A stretch of DNA of 63,566 nucleotides, counting the filler, from Asterionella formosa (Eukaryota), in NCBI GenBank assembly GCA_002256025.1. It is 12 parts of 12 records of this genome, joined end to end, with 100 filler letters (N's around TTAATTAATTAA, not from the genome) between each part and the next. Parts side by side here need not be neighbours in the genome. Positions count along the whole stretch, not along the records: positions 1 to 17,588 come from NKIB01004369.1; positions 17,689 to 18,780 come from NKIB01004381.1; positions 18,881 to 36,406 come from NKIB01004382.1; 9 more parts are not named here. The stretch is one strand, 5' to 3'. The notes under the pieces are model-generated. The model saw only the letters and a program-made list of their open reading frames with translations. It ran no database searches and was not told where the DNA came from. The position numbers and the translations under genes are program-made. This document shows positions 12,758 to 24,295 of this stretch, piece after piece (positions within the stretch are counted from its first letter, which is position 1; each line of letters starts with the position of its first letter).

Positions 12758-13888
12758 ATGCCTGCACACTCTGACCTGAGTTCCTCCGATCCAATCGCAA
12801 TTCGCGAGTGGCTGCAATTCAACCATCCAAAACAATTAGCCATGATCGACACGTTTGAAAAGGACTTTTCGTTGGGCAAACTTTCGTCACCTGATCGACG
12901 ATTCATTACATCCAAAACAGTCGAGCTTCTCAAGTCTTTGATCGGAGCCACCCGATGGAAGACGCCTGCTGAATTATTGACCCTCTTGAGAGGAATTGGC
13001 CGCGAGTTGCAGGCAGTCACTGGGGCGCGAGAGCCCGCGGTGACAAATGTTGTCCGCCGCATCATGGCGGCCGTTCGGGAGGAACTCAACCAAGAAACGT
13101 TCGGCAAGAACCACAATGCTTCTCTAGAAACCCTACTCTATTCAGACGAGTCGTCCGCTACGAACAATGCCGCATGGCCACCATCCTATCATCACCCAAA
13201 ACCTGACCTTAAACAATGTATAATGGAAGCCATTCAGGACACTATGTTAGACTTGGAAGACTTGCACAAGAATATCAGTGACCAAGCCCTCAATCACATT
13301 CACGCCGGTGAAGTCATTCTCGTTTATGGTCACTCAAAGACAGTTGAACTTTTCTTAAAAGCAGCAGCTGTTAAGAAACGATCCTTTCAAGTCGTTGTTT
13401 CCGAGGGTGCTCCTCACTTTGGAGGACACGACATGGCCAAAGCACTCGCAGAAGCGGGTATTGACACCATCATTATTTCCGATGCCATGATCTTTGCCGT
13501 CATGGCACGAGTGAACAAAGTATTGCTTGGTGCGCACGCTGTATTGGCGAATGGTGGGTTGATTACACAGGCTGGCAGCAATGTGGTGGGCTTGGCGGCT
13601 CGTCAAAATGCTGTCCCTGTTGTGTGCATTTCAGGCATGTACAAGCTATGTCCAATGTACCCACATGAGGGTCAAGATACCTTGAATGATTTGGTGTCGC
13701 CAGCATCTGTGATGGACTACAGTGATTTGTTGTCAAGCAAAGTGGAGTTGATTAATCCCGTCCATGACTATGTGGCACCAGAACTCATCAGCTTGTATGT
13801 AACCAACGTTGGGGTGTTCCAGCCGTCGTATATTTACCGTCTTTTGGCGGAAAATTACCATAGTGACGATTGGGAATCGTTTGAATAG
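12758..13888 (+). CDS. EIF2B2: Translation initiation factor eIF2B beta subunit
   Basis: EPAVTNVVRRI, HIHAGEVILVYGHSKTVELFL, FAVMARVNKVLLGAHAVLANGGL, NPVHDYVAPELISLYVTN and PSYIYRLLAENYH. Confidence 0.93.
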   Translation: MPAHSDLSSSDPIAIREWLQFNHPKQLAMIDTFEKDFSLGKLSSPDRRFITSKTVELLKSLIGATRWKTPAELLTLLRGIGRELQAVTGAREPAVTNVVRRIMAAVREELNQETFGKNHNASLETLLYSDESSATNNAAWPPSYHHPKPDLKQCIMEAIQDTMLDLEDLHKNISDQALNHIHAGEVILVYGHSKTVELFLKAAAVKKRSFQVVVSEGAPHFGGHDMAKALAEAGIDTIIISDAMIFAVMARVNKVLLGAHAVLANGGLITQAGSNVVGLAARQNAVPVVCISGMYKLCPMYPHEGQDTLNDLVSPASVMDYSDLLSSKVELINPVHDYVAPELISLYVTNVGVFQPSYIYRLLAENYHSDDWESFE

Positions 13889-13980
13889 AAAAGTTGTGTA
13901 ATTGGTAATTGCCAAAACGGTATAGTCTAAACGTGCATTAGGCTAGCGGTAAAACATAACTTTTGTAGCATTCTTGTTCA

Positions 13981-15099
13981 TTAGCTTAATTTCAAACTTT
14001 CCTTGAGCTCCTCAAAGACTCTGTGCGCAGCAGACACGGCTCCTTCCATGACTCCTGGACTAAATCGATCAGTTTCAGTCCCAGCAAACAACAGTTGATT
14101 GTCCCATTCATTCGTCGAAAGACCTCGAATAGGTTGTGGATGAGGTTGTATTTTTCTAGGAGCAGCATCCTCACTAATATACTTGTTCATTTGCCACCTT
14201 TGTACGTATACTTGGTCATAATCTTTTGCTTGCTTTGCCAAGTGGGGCATACCGTGATACTTCCAGACTGATTCCAATTGTTTCGCCACTTGGTCTGCCA
14301 GGATTTTGTCGTCTGTAAGTGCCGATGATCCTGGTGGTACATGAGCAAAAAATGTGATGGCCGCCACGGACGCATCCAGAGTGGATGAATCGTACATTTG
14401 AAAGGCTGGACCGTTTCCAGGTAGTCCCATGTTGCTGACTTGTGGAGACCAAAACCGTGTTTTGTACACTACTGCAATTTTCGTTACTCCCGCCATCCAT
14501 GTATGCGACAGTTGCACAGCCTTTATCTTTTCGGCAGAGAGAGAGGGTGAAAATGCCATGGTTGTTTGCATGACACGGGGTGGAATTGCTACTACGACAC
14601 GTTTGGCCATGTAGCTTTCACCGGTCGTTGTGTCGACACGGATGAATCGATTGGTGGAACACACATCATTATCGTTTGAATTTTTTTCTAGTAGAGTACA
14701 GTTGGTGACTGCATTCTCCAGTTTAATCTGTTGTTGCGGCAGCGTTTCTGCAAGTTTGTGTATTAGGCGAAGTGCTCCACCGACAAATCGTGTCGACGAA
14801 GGGTCGTCAATTTGAGTAAATGTTTGAATTTCCAATTTCTTGACCAACCCTCTGATATGTGGCTGATGTTGCGGCCATATCCAAGCCCCTCCCATGTCAA
14901 TATACCCCTGGCTGTTGTCGGCATTCGCCAAGCGACCACCGAGAGCAGGTTGAGCCTCCAACAGGTTCCAGGAGACCCCAGGTAGCTGGTGTTCAAGTTG
15001 ATGCGCAACCATGAGACCGGAAAGCCCTCCTCCTATGATAAGGACATCAATGAGCTTTGGTGCCGATGATGCTTTGGCGCTTGATACAGAGGATAACAT
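13981..15099 (-). CDS. Flavin-containing amine oxidase (short MAO-like)
   Basis: GGGLSG Rossmann motif, LLEA..LGGR, DMGGAWIWP, TWMAGVTK and FAGTET..PGVMEGAV. Confidence 0.85.
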   Translation of the reverse strand: MLSSVSSAKASSAPKLIDVLIIGGGLSGLMVAHQLEHQLPGVSWNLLEAQPALGGRLANADNSQGYIDMGGAWIWPQHQPHIRGLVKKLEIQTFTQIDDPSSTRFVGGALRLIHKLAETLPQQQIKLENAVTNCTLLEKNSNDNDVCSTNRFIRVDTTTGESYMAKRVVVAIPPRVMQTTMAFSPSLSAEKIKAVQLSHTWMAGVTKIAVVYKTRFWSPQVSNMGLPGNGPAFQMYDSSTLDASVAAITFFAHVPPGSSALTDDKILADQVAKQLESVWKYHGMPHLAKQAKDYDQVYVQRWQMNKYISEDAAPRKIQPHPQPIRGLSTNEWDNQLLFAGTETDRFSPGVMEGAVSAAHRVFEELKESLKLS

Positions 15100-15634
15100 G
15101 GTGGTGCTAAAACATCTCGTTGTTCAGATTCTCCGTTCTTTGAATTGCTTGCTTATTCAGGATTATGAGCTCAGTATTAGTTAGACCTATGTACCGGTAC
15201 TGTACATATGAACAAACATAACGGTAGAGAAGATTTCAACCCGACAAGGAATTATTGCAAATACATATTCCGGTATGAATATATGAATGTACGGAATCGA
15301 ATAGCGGTATACATAGTGGTTAGCAGTTATAATGTGAGCATAAATAACAGCATAATATACCCTTTATATCATCCATGTATGAACAGTTTTTTATACATCA
15401 TACCGGTACTTCGCATTATCAACATTATGCTACAATATCGTATGTCCCTGTATATCTTTTTAGTTGATGAAAGGAAAAGGTGTGGACAGAGCAGCGCAAC
15501 CGGAAGGAGTACCAGGTACCAGCCACAGCAAATAATGTAAACATCGAAAACAATCTAACAAAATCAACTCAACTCGACTACCAGTCTGTTTACAAACCGG
15601 TGCTACCGATTATATACGGATTAATCTTGACAGA

Positions 15635-17536
15635 ATGAACAACTTTGGCATGCAACCGGGGATTATTCTCCTACGTGAGGGAACTGATACATCACAGGTG
15701 CGACCAATTCCAACTCGTAGTGGTAGATCAGATCAGATCTGATCTGAAGGAATACGTTCACAGAAAAATTGTCAACAACACAGTCTCACAACCTCGTTCT
15801 ATTTATGCTTCGTTCTCACGTACATACAGGGAAAGCCCCAACTAATATCCAACATCAATGCATGCCAAGCTGTGGCTGACGCAGTGCGGACCACTTTAGG
15901 TCCTTGTGGAATGGACAAACTAGTCGCCACCTCGAATGGGAAAGTTACAATTTCCAATGACGGCGCCACAATTATGAAGCTCCTTGAGATTGCTCATCCA
16001 GCTGCCAAGACGCTGGTAGATATCAGCATGTCTCAAGACGCGGAAGTTGGAGATGGAACCACTAGTGTCGTATTGCTGGCAGGAGAGATCCTCAAGCAAG
16101 TCAAGGGATTTGTCGAAGAAGGGTTGCATCCGCAAATCATCATGAGAAACTTGAAGGCGGCTGGACAGTTGGCTGTTCAGAAGGTAAACGACTTGGCAGT
16201 TCCTTATGATATTTCGACGCCGGAGGGACAGGAAATGTTGCTCAAGTGTGCCTCAACGGCTCTCAACTCGAAACTCATTGCGTCGCATCAAGATTTGTTC
16301 GCACCCATGGTCGTGGAAGCCGTACAGTGTCTCGGTGACAACCTTGATCAAATCATGGACCATATCGCCATCAAAAGGATCCCTGGAGGTCACGTCAGAC
16401 AGTCTTTTCTAGTTACCGGTGGCGTGGCATTTCAAAAGACATTCAGTTATGCTGGATTCGAACAAATGACGAAGCACTTTGTAAACCCAAAGATTCTACT
16501 CCTCAACGTTGAACTGGAACTCAAGTCGGAAAAGGAAAATGCTGAAGTACGCATTAGCAATCCAGAGGAATATCAGTCCATTGTTGATGCGGAATGGAAA
16601 GTCATTTATGATAAGCTTGATGCTTGTGTTGACTGTGGAGCAAACATTGTATTGAGCAAGTTACCCATTGGAGACTTGGCCACGCAGTACTTCGCAGACC
16701 GTGGGATGTTTTGCGCTGGACGTGTAGACGGGGGAGATCTGAAGCGCGTTGCCAAGGCGACTGGTGGCGCAGTACAAACCACGACAAATGGATTGTCTGA
16801 CAAGATTTTAGGGAATTGCGGTTTGTTCGAAGAACGGCAAGTAGGCGATGAACGCTTCAACATTTTTGAACAGTGCCCACTCAAGTTGACATCGACTATT
16901 CTCTTACGAGGAGGATCGGAACAGTTTATTGCGGAAAGTGAACGCTCGATTCATGATGCTTTGATGGTTGTCAAAAGATGCATGCAGACCAAGTCGGTCG
17001 TTGCTGGAGGCGGAGCCGTTGAGATGGAAGTGGCAAAATACTTGCGTGAGCATGCATTGACCATTGAAGGCAAGGGTCAATTAATTGTTTCGGCATATGC
17101 GAAGGCTCTTGAAATCATTCCTCGCCAGCTATGTGACAATGCTGGCTTTGACTCTACAGATGTTCTTGCTGCACTAAGGAAAAAGCACATGTTTGACGAA
17201 GATGGCAAGTGGTTTGGAGTTGACTTGGCCACTGGGGGCATTTGTGATACATTTGTTGCTGGGGTATGGGAGCCAAGCGATAACAAGAGAAACTCGTTGG
17301 CGGCTGCCACTGAAGCAGCCTGCGTCATCCTTTCAATTGACGAAACAATCATCAATCCTCGTTCGGGAGATCCTGGGGCTCCTGGAAGTGGCCAGCTACC
17401 AATGCAGGGAGGGCCACCGTCCATGGCAAATGCCATGGGGAACGCAATGGATGGACACAACGCAATGATGGGAGGAAGCAGGTCTGGAAACCTTGGTAAC
17501 GGTGTCTCTTGGATGAAGGGCCGTGGAGGGGGCTAA
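15635..17536 (+). CDS. CCT7: T-complex protein 1 subunit eta; 2 exons (intron 15698-15829)
   Basis: Spliced N-terminus ..[44 protein letters not shown] and [14 protein letters not shown]. Confidence 0.95.
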
Positions 17537-18584
17537 TCAGTGAATAAATGATCTAGCACACATGCATTAGAATCTAAAGATAGATAGANNNNNNNNNNNN
17601 NNNNNNNNNNNNNNNNNNNNNNNNNNNNNNNNTTAATTAATTAANNNNNNNNNNNNNNNNNNNNNNNNNNNNNNNNNNNNNNNNNNNNTTGTGATGGATG
17701 TTGAGTAGTCTTCCGACCGACTACCATTACCTATGGAATCATGTCGACACTAACATTTGTGACAAATATGCACCCCAGTTAAAGGTTGGGGATGTACGGG
17801 ATAGCAGAGTATTTAGACTAAGAGACTTCACTTCCCGTACGATCATAGCTACCGGGTATGCAATAAATACCGGTTGGTACAGTAGGCTTCATTGTATATC
17901 ACATGTAACTAGCAACACAGCCAAAAGGGTAAAAAATTGAGTTATCAGCACAAAAGCGGTCGTCAAATATGATACCGGGTACTGGTACCGGTGGTCATAC
18001 TATAGGACCACCGGTACTGGTACCAGGTACCGGTACTCCTAAAACGGCATGAGCGACGTCATATAAAAAGATAGTATACGATTTCGATTGACGCACACTG
18101 TCGTCACCATCGATGCAGCAACAAACAAACACTCTCCAGTTGGAATCTTTTCAAGCATGGTGATTGACCAGCTCTCAACGTACCTACGTACAGACGATCA
18201 CGTGTGTTGTCTTTCAAACACCCTGTCCTTCGCCTCAACTGTCCGGTAGACTTCACATACCCGGTACTGGTACCAGTACTCCTCCGCACAGTGTGGTATA
18301 TGATTCATGACTCACCTCCGGGTTTTCGAGAAATCTTTAAAGTACATAAGTTGAACTCTTGTGATGCCAGTAGAAAACTTACCAGATGCACGCCATGACC
18401 AGACGCCTGTTTCTGATTGGTTTCTTCCCTCCCAAACGACCTCAATTTGCTCCCAACATGCATGCATCATTTTCGTTGTCTGTATTGGTACCCTCATCCC
18501 GCTGCCCTGGTCAGGTCACTCCATTGGTCCCCTTCCCGTCGATTCAGCAGCGTTGATTAGCCACCACCCATCAAACTGGTGAAA

Positions 18585-18780
18585 ATGGTTCGATTCTTCT
18601 TTGTGGCTGCCGTCTTGGCATCATCTCTGGCCCTTTCTGGTGCCTTCACTCCCTTGATGAATAGAGCCGCTCGCGTTACTCCAGCGGCAGCTGGATCCGC
18701 CTTGTTCAAGGCGGCTTCATCTACCCCTAGCACATTAACGGCGCTAAGAGCATCTAGTTCATTTACACAAGCAGAACTCC
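18585..18780 (+). CDS. N-terminus of a plastid-targeted protein (3'-truncated by contig end)
   Basis: MVRFFFVAAVLASSLALSGA-FTP is an ASAFAP-type signal peptide, followed by an Ala/Ser/Arg-rich transit peptide. Confidence 0.75.
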
Positions 18781-18880
18781 NNNNNNNNNNNNNNNNNNNN
18801 NNNNNNNNNNNNNNNNNNNNNNNNTTAATTAATTAANNNNNNNNNNNNNNNNNNNNNNNNNNNNNNNNNNNNNNNNNNNN

Positions 18881-18887
18881 CCCCCCG

Positions 18888-18978
<91 letters not shown>

Positions 18979-18989
18979 CCCGCCCCCCG
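18881..18989. repeat. Poly-C tract at scaffold start
   Basis: About 100 nt of near-pure C; probably a sequencing or assembly artefact. Confidence 0.8.
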
Positions 18990-19321
18990 CACAGGACTCA
19001 CTGGGAGAATTTACGATCTGCAGGTGTATCTTTCTTAGCTAGACTACCGGTACCAGGGGTACCATGATACTGTATATACATTATCAAATTTGCGACCATC
19101 CTCGGCATGACATTCGTCACCTGTACAATTAGTATATATATTACACCATGGTACCCGTATATCCTTTCGCGTTGCTTGTATGCCCGACAAAACGTGATGA
19201 TGGCATCATTCTATTTAGATTTGGAATTCCTGCCATCAAGCATCGTCACTGTTTTGAATGCAATCGTGAGCTGTATAGACCTGCTTGCTGTTAGAGCATA
19301 TAAGAATAAGTCTAGGAGACC

Positions 19322-20965
19322 ATGTTCCAGAGATTGATTCGTTCCATCCTTCTAGTGAGCTGTTTGTTCATTCTTCAACGGACATGGTCGCTAATACCGA
19401 CAAAGTCGCCCATTCACGTTCATCAGCTTTGGCACAGACACAATGATCCTAGGAAAATGGATATTTTCATGGCAAAGAATAAGGTGATCAGAGATGTGGA
19501 AGATTCTCCATTGGAGAGTAGAGGTGGTGTCGGTGTTTTCTTCAACAAGGTCATGAGAGGTGACAGCAACAAAGAAATTGGCGATCAATCGGAAGGAAGC
19601 AGAGAAAAACAAAAAAAATCTGGGGTGAGTCGATTCTTCTCGAAAATATTTGACGGTGACAGCGAGAACAAGGAGGGAAACCGGAGCGGATCCGAGAAAC
19701 AGCGTGACAAAGACAAGGAACCTAGTTTCTTTCGGAGTGTTGTCAATCGATTGCCTGGAAGGAACGACGACGACGAAGCGCTGCCCAAACAACGAGCCTC
19801 AAGAAACGATATGAAAGAGACACAATGGGAAAAACGCACAATTTTCAATGATAATCCCAGATTTTTCGACACCACAAAGTTGGTTGGTGATGCCGTAGGA
19901 TCACTAGAAAACACGGTTTTGAGCATCCGGAAAAAGATCGAGGACGTACGATCGTCCGAAATATTGGAGGATCCTGAGGGCAACTTTCTGAGTCAAGAGG
20001 AGGAAAAGAAACGAATAAAAGGTGTTCGGGCACAACTAGAAGCCAAGCGAAAAAAGGATAAAGAGAACTTGATTGTCCGTCAGCTTGATGCCGAGCTTCA
20101 GACAAAAATAAAGGAGGAAAGGCAAAGAGAAGCACAAGTCAGAGCGGCTACAACCAGACTGGAAATAAAGGCAAAGGAACAGGTACGGAAAGAGCAATTA
20201 GAGTTAAACCGAAAGATTTTGGAAGCCTCTAGTAAAGCTCGTTCAGAGTTTACCTTTGGTCGAGCTTCTGTCGTCCCAGCGAACTCGCTACGCAACCAAA
20301 CAACCTCTGATCCCAGAGGCGAGAAACGAAAACAAAAGAACCCACAAAGTGTCCCTCAACAATTCTTTTCCAGGTCAGAATCCGAAACAAGCAACAACAC
20401 TTCTGTTAAAAGCAACACGTCATCATTCTCATTTCCCAATCCATTCGGTGCTGTACAACGTTTGGCCTATACCGTTTGGGACTCAACATTTGGAGGCGAA
20501 AAAGGCGGAGTCGAAGAATGGGTTGTTGTTTTTCCGAAGACAAGGCTGGATCCAGGTGAAGTTGTGCCAGTTAGCGTTGGCGGCATCGATCTTCTGGTTG
20601 TGGCATCGGTAGACGGGAAGAAGATATACAGCATCGCCAACTCTTGTCCACATCTTGGTACTCCACTCGAAACAGGTCCTTTGGTCCGGCGACCTGTCGA
20701 AGGTGCCACAAGAAGCGACAGCCCCGACGGCTGTGAGGACTGCATCGTGTGTCCACTTCATCAGACAGCATTTGCTCTGGAGAGTGGGGAAGTTCGAGGC
20801 GAGTGGTGTCCATATCCTCCCCTGCTTGGCGCTGTGATGGGTGCCGTGAAAAAGAAATCACCAGTCGCAGTATTCGATATCAGAACTCGAGGCAAGAATG
20901 TCGAAGTAAAGATTAACTCATCGCTGGAGGATTTGGAAAAGAAGGGAAAGAAAGAGAACAACTAG
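19322..20965 (+). CDS. Rieske [2Fe-2S] domain protein with long charged/coiled-coil N-terminal region, probable organellar presequence
   Basis: C-terminal NSCPHLGTPL...CIVCPLHQTAFAL Rieske motifs; hydrophobic N-terminal signal. Confidence 0.85.
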   Translation: MFQRLIRSILLVSCLFILQRTWSLIPTKSPIHVHQLWHRHNDPRKMDIFMAKNKVIRDVEDSPLESRGGVGVFFNKVMRGDSNKEIGDQSEGSREKQKKSGVSRFFSKIFDGDSENKEGNRSGSEKQRDKDKEPSFFRSVVNRLPGRNDDDEALPKQRASRNDMKETQWEKRTIFNDNPRFFDTTKLVGDAVGSLENTVLSIRKKIEDVRSSEILEDPEGNFLSQEEEKKRIKGVRAQLEAKRKKDKENLIVRQLDAELQTKIKEERQREAQVRAATTRLEIKAKEQVRKEQLELNRKILEASSKARSEFTFGRASVVPANSLRNQTTSDPRGEKRKQKNPQSVPQQFFSRSESETSNNTSVKSNTSSFSFPNPFGAVQRLAYTVWDSTFGGEKGGVEEWVVVFPKTRLDPGEVVPVSVGGIDLLVVASVDGKKIYSIANSCPHLGTPLETGPLVRRPVEGATRSDSPDGCEDCIVCPLHQTAFALESGEVRGEWCPYPPLLGAVMGAVKKKSPVAVFDIRTRGKNVEVKINSSLEDLEKKGKKENN

Positions 20966-21050
20966 TCGAAGGCAGAACGAGATTTACGTGAACAGACGTA
21001 GACACACATTGTAGACTTCACTTTCGTTGTAGGGCTGACTTCCTCTGCCG

Positions 21051-21869
21051 TCATATTTTCTGATCCGCAAACCCGTATAGTTTATTCATCAGGATGTAAT
21101 TTAATACCTGAGGTGTCACCAAGTTTTCCAGGTCCTTCACTTCACTTGTCGAGCGTATCGCGGTCGACGAGACGTCATGAAGATATGGTATTTTCAAGAG
21201 CCGTGCTTGACCTCCTTCATCTCGATTAAGTTTTTCAATACGTTCCAGTAGCACGTCTTCAGGAATATTTCCTTCTCTAAAAATAACTACAAAGCGCCCG
21301 TTGAGAATTTTCAGCACTTCTCGCGATCTTTGCCATTTAAAGTTTGTCAAATCCATGAATGTGTCTCCACCCAAAGCAAATGTGAAGTCACTGTCTGCCT
21401 CGTTTTTAAGTAACATTTCCAACAGATCAGCGGTTCCAATTTTAATTTCCTGAATCTCTTCATCGGTTCTAAAGAGTTGAAAATTCGGAATCGCAACCTG
21501 TTAGTACTTGGTCCCTGAAAAGCACGCCGTTTTAGGTGGACTTACTTGGTGCACCTTTACTTACTTTCCCTTCGCCATTTCTTGAAAACAAATAAGTTCA
21601 CTATCACTCACTACAACTCTAGGAATTCCCTCAAATGCCAACGCACACATGTTCATTCGATCGCCAAATGGCAGCAACCGATCTCGCTTTGTGACAAAAT
21701 TATGCCGATAGACCGGCAGAATTCGGATTTGATGAAATTCAGGAAGGGCTGAAAGAGCCTTCGCAATTCCAACATGACCACCTTCTCCAGTTGGAGGGTC
21801 TGCCGATGTCCCAAAGAGGATGACCTGTGTCCTATTCGAGTTAATACTAATGTGATCAGACATACTCAT
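21051..21869 (-). CDS. nadD: Nicotinate/nicotinamide-nucleotide adenylyltransferase (NadD-like); 2 exons (intron 21469-21564)
   Basis: FGTSADPPTGEGGH, F.DR..MC.LAF, GTADLLE, LGGDTF.DL..WQ and VSSTAIR; the splice restores the frame. Confidence 0.8.
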
Positions 21870-22944
21870 AAGGGTAATATGTGCACAGTTCAGGAAAGGA
21901 TGTAATGGCAGCCTACCGGAATATTATAAATATGTAAGAGGAATTTGTACTGCTGATTCATGATGACTGATGTCGATCATAAATTTACCAACGACACCAA
22001 TAAATGAATGCCATCAAATGTAAAAGTTTGCTTGTTGTACTCCCGCCGAAGCTATTTGCAAGGGAGTACCTGGTGCCCGGTACCAGGTACTCCGTACCGA
22101 TCGGTGGTTTGTAAAGGAGTACCGGTAAGGAGTAGGAGGACGTACATACCGTATCTGACCATCAGTTTGTAGTACCCTGGTACCTGGTACCTGGTAACAA
22201 TACTGTGATTACCTGGGACGGTACCCAGGAAGGTCCGTAATCGAGATATTTAGCTGAATGTTTCAGTAAGTTAAAAAGTGTTTTATCGGACCTTCTCGGA
22301 AACCGTGTTTGGCATCCTTGAGGTATCTGGTACCTTGTTGTATCAGTACAGGTAATCACTACTTACTACTTACTAACGGTACATTTCTGGTAGTCAACTT
22401 AAACTCTAGTATACCAAATTGTGGTCAAGCCATGGATGCATTTGATACAGTAGTTGCGGTCATTTTGCTTAAATCAACAATTTAATCTTAGATAAAGAGA
22501 GCTAAATCTTTACTTTAACAAAAGTGTAACGCAACTTGTTGGACGAGGTACCAGTGCCGCCAATTTTCATTGCTTACCGTACTTCGCGCACACCATGTAA
22601 CCTGATACCTATGTATTCATAGATATTTTATTCAATTACGAATCCTGTGAAATGACAATATGAAATCTGTGTCGTATGTACTTATCCATATCCACGCATA
22701 TGCAAAACTATTATATACAATAAAATTAAAAATGATCATGATGTAGATACCATACGACGAGCAAAAGAAATTTCAACGGATGCACGCCGGCATCGACTAC
22801 TCCATCCACAGTCATACCACGGTAGTAATGTTCAATTAGTATGTTTATGCACAATATCCATTTACGGCAGTCAAACCGCTATACCGGTATATTATTATGC
22901 ACATACCGCCATAATTCCCATTTCCAAAAGTAAATCTGTCGACA

Positions 22945-23637
22945 ATGGCGCTCCGCTGTCTCTTGTTTATGTCATTCTTCTCAGCTTCCATGGCTGCTTG
23001 TTCATACTGTGACCACGGAACGTGTTCAAATTCAGTATGTCAATGCCAATCGGGTTATACTGGCGTTGACTGTTCACTTCCAGTAGTCGTTTGCCCGGAT
23101 GGGAGGACTTGCATGAATGGGTCTGAATGTGTTCAGAACAACGAAAAAGATTCTGTCACGAATGTATACAAGTACCATTGTGACTGTAGCAAGTCATTTG
23201 GAGTAAGTAGTTATGCTGGTCTCCAGTGTGAATATTCAGCCACAGTTGTTTGTGAATATGGTAAATCTTCTTCCATTAGCGCCTTCTGCACCAATGGAGG
23301 TACATGCTTGCAAACCACTTTTAAAGGACAAGCGCACGCAGGGTGCAGTTGTCCAATTGAATTTGAAGGCACGCATTGTCAATATTTACTTGGCACAGCA
23401 CCGGCACAAGATTTGGCTGTGACCTATTCAGCGAGCGGAAACGGCGCTGGGTTGACGGGGCTGGCAATCTTTTTTATTTCAGCTATCACCGTTGGTGTTC
23501 TTGCCACTTTCTCTGTTGTGGTTTGGAGAAAGCATCAGCGAAAAATTCGAGAAGAAGAGGGGTTTCCCGAAGACGAAATTGAAAAAAAAGAATTTGATGA
23601 AGTGACTGAAGTCAAGAAGGTTCCTGACATCATATGA
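22945..23637 (+). CDS. EGF-like repeat type I membrane protein
   Basis: Signal peptide, three EGF-like Cys repeats (CQSGYTGVDC, YAGLQC, FEGTHC), one TM helix and an acidic tail. Confidence 0.85.
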   Translation: MALRCLLFMSFFSASMAACSYCDHGTCSNSVCQCQSGYTGVDCSLPVVVCPDGRTCMNGSECVQNNEKDSVTNVYKYHCDCSKSFGVSSYAGLQCEYSATVVCEYGKSSSISAFCTNGGTCLQTTFKGQAHAGCSCPIEFEGTHCQYLLGTAPAQDLAVTYSASGNGAGLTGLAIFFISAITVGVLATFSVVVWRKHQRKIREEEGFPEDEIEKKEFDEVTEVKKVPDII

Positions 23638-24295
23638 GCGATGGAATAAAAGTCAACAAAGTTTGATTTTGTGGCTGGACAGAGGTTAGGAAAAGGGCGT
23701 AGTCTGTGACCTTGTTACGGAGTTATAGAGCAGCCTAAAGGAGCTTGATGGTAGCCGCGTTACTTTCAAACATGGTGGATTATGGAACACCAGAGTACAT
23801 GTTAATAAATACATTTTGTCTTCCTGCTTCATGTACCTCACCTGGTACCAGGTAGACCCTTACTTGTACATACTCTTTGTAGATCGTTCACACTGATGCA
23901 CAGGAAGTGTATCATTTGCAGCGGCTGTACCCCATATTCTCAACCGCAGGCCGAGGATGCAAGAAAAACAATGCAACGCGCGCAACAAGGAAGCAACGGT
24001 ACAACTATAACGCTCCGAAACGCGATGATTATTGCCTTACCGTACCATCACTGCCGAGCACATCGTCAAGAATCTATTACCGGTATACCGGTAAGATAGG
24101 TGGGCTACTAAATCATATGTACTGGTACGTATCTTCTCCAAGTAGGAGGGTACAAGGTACCTGATACCTTGTACCTGGTACCAGCTGCGTGGTGCAGGAT
24201 TTTAGATGTATGTACCGGTGCTTTGGTATTAGGTATACGTACGTAGCGGACACCACAATATTTGATATCCGTCGTTCACCACACAAAACATCAAA

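Noticed and set aside
18881..18989. Poly-C as a G-quadruplex or telomere
   Set aside because: It sits at a scaffold edge, typical of a homopolymer read artefact, and is not a telomeric repeat.
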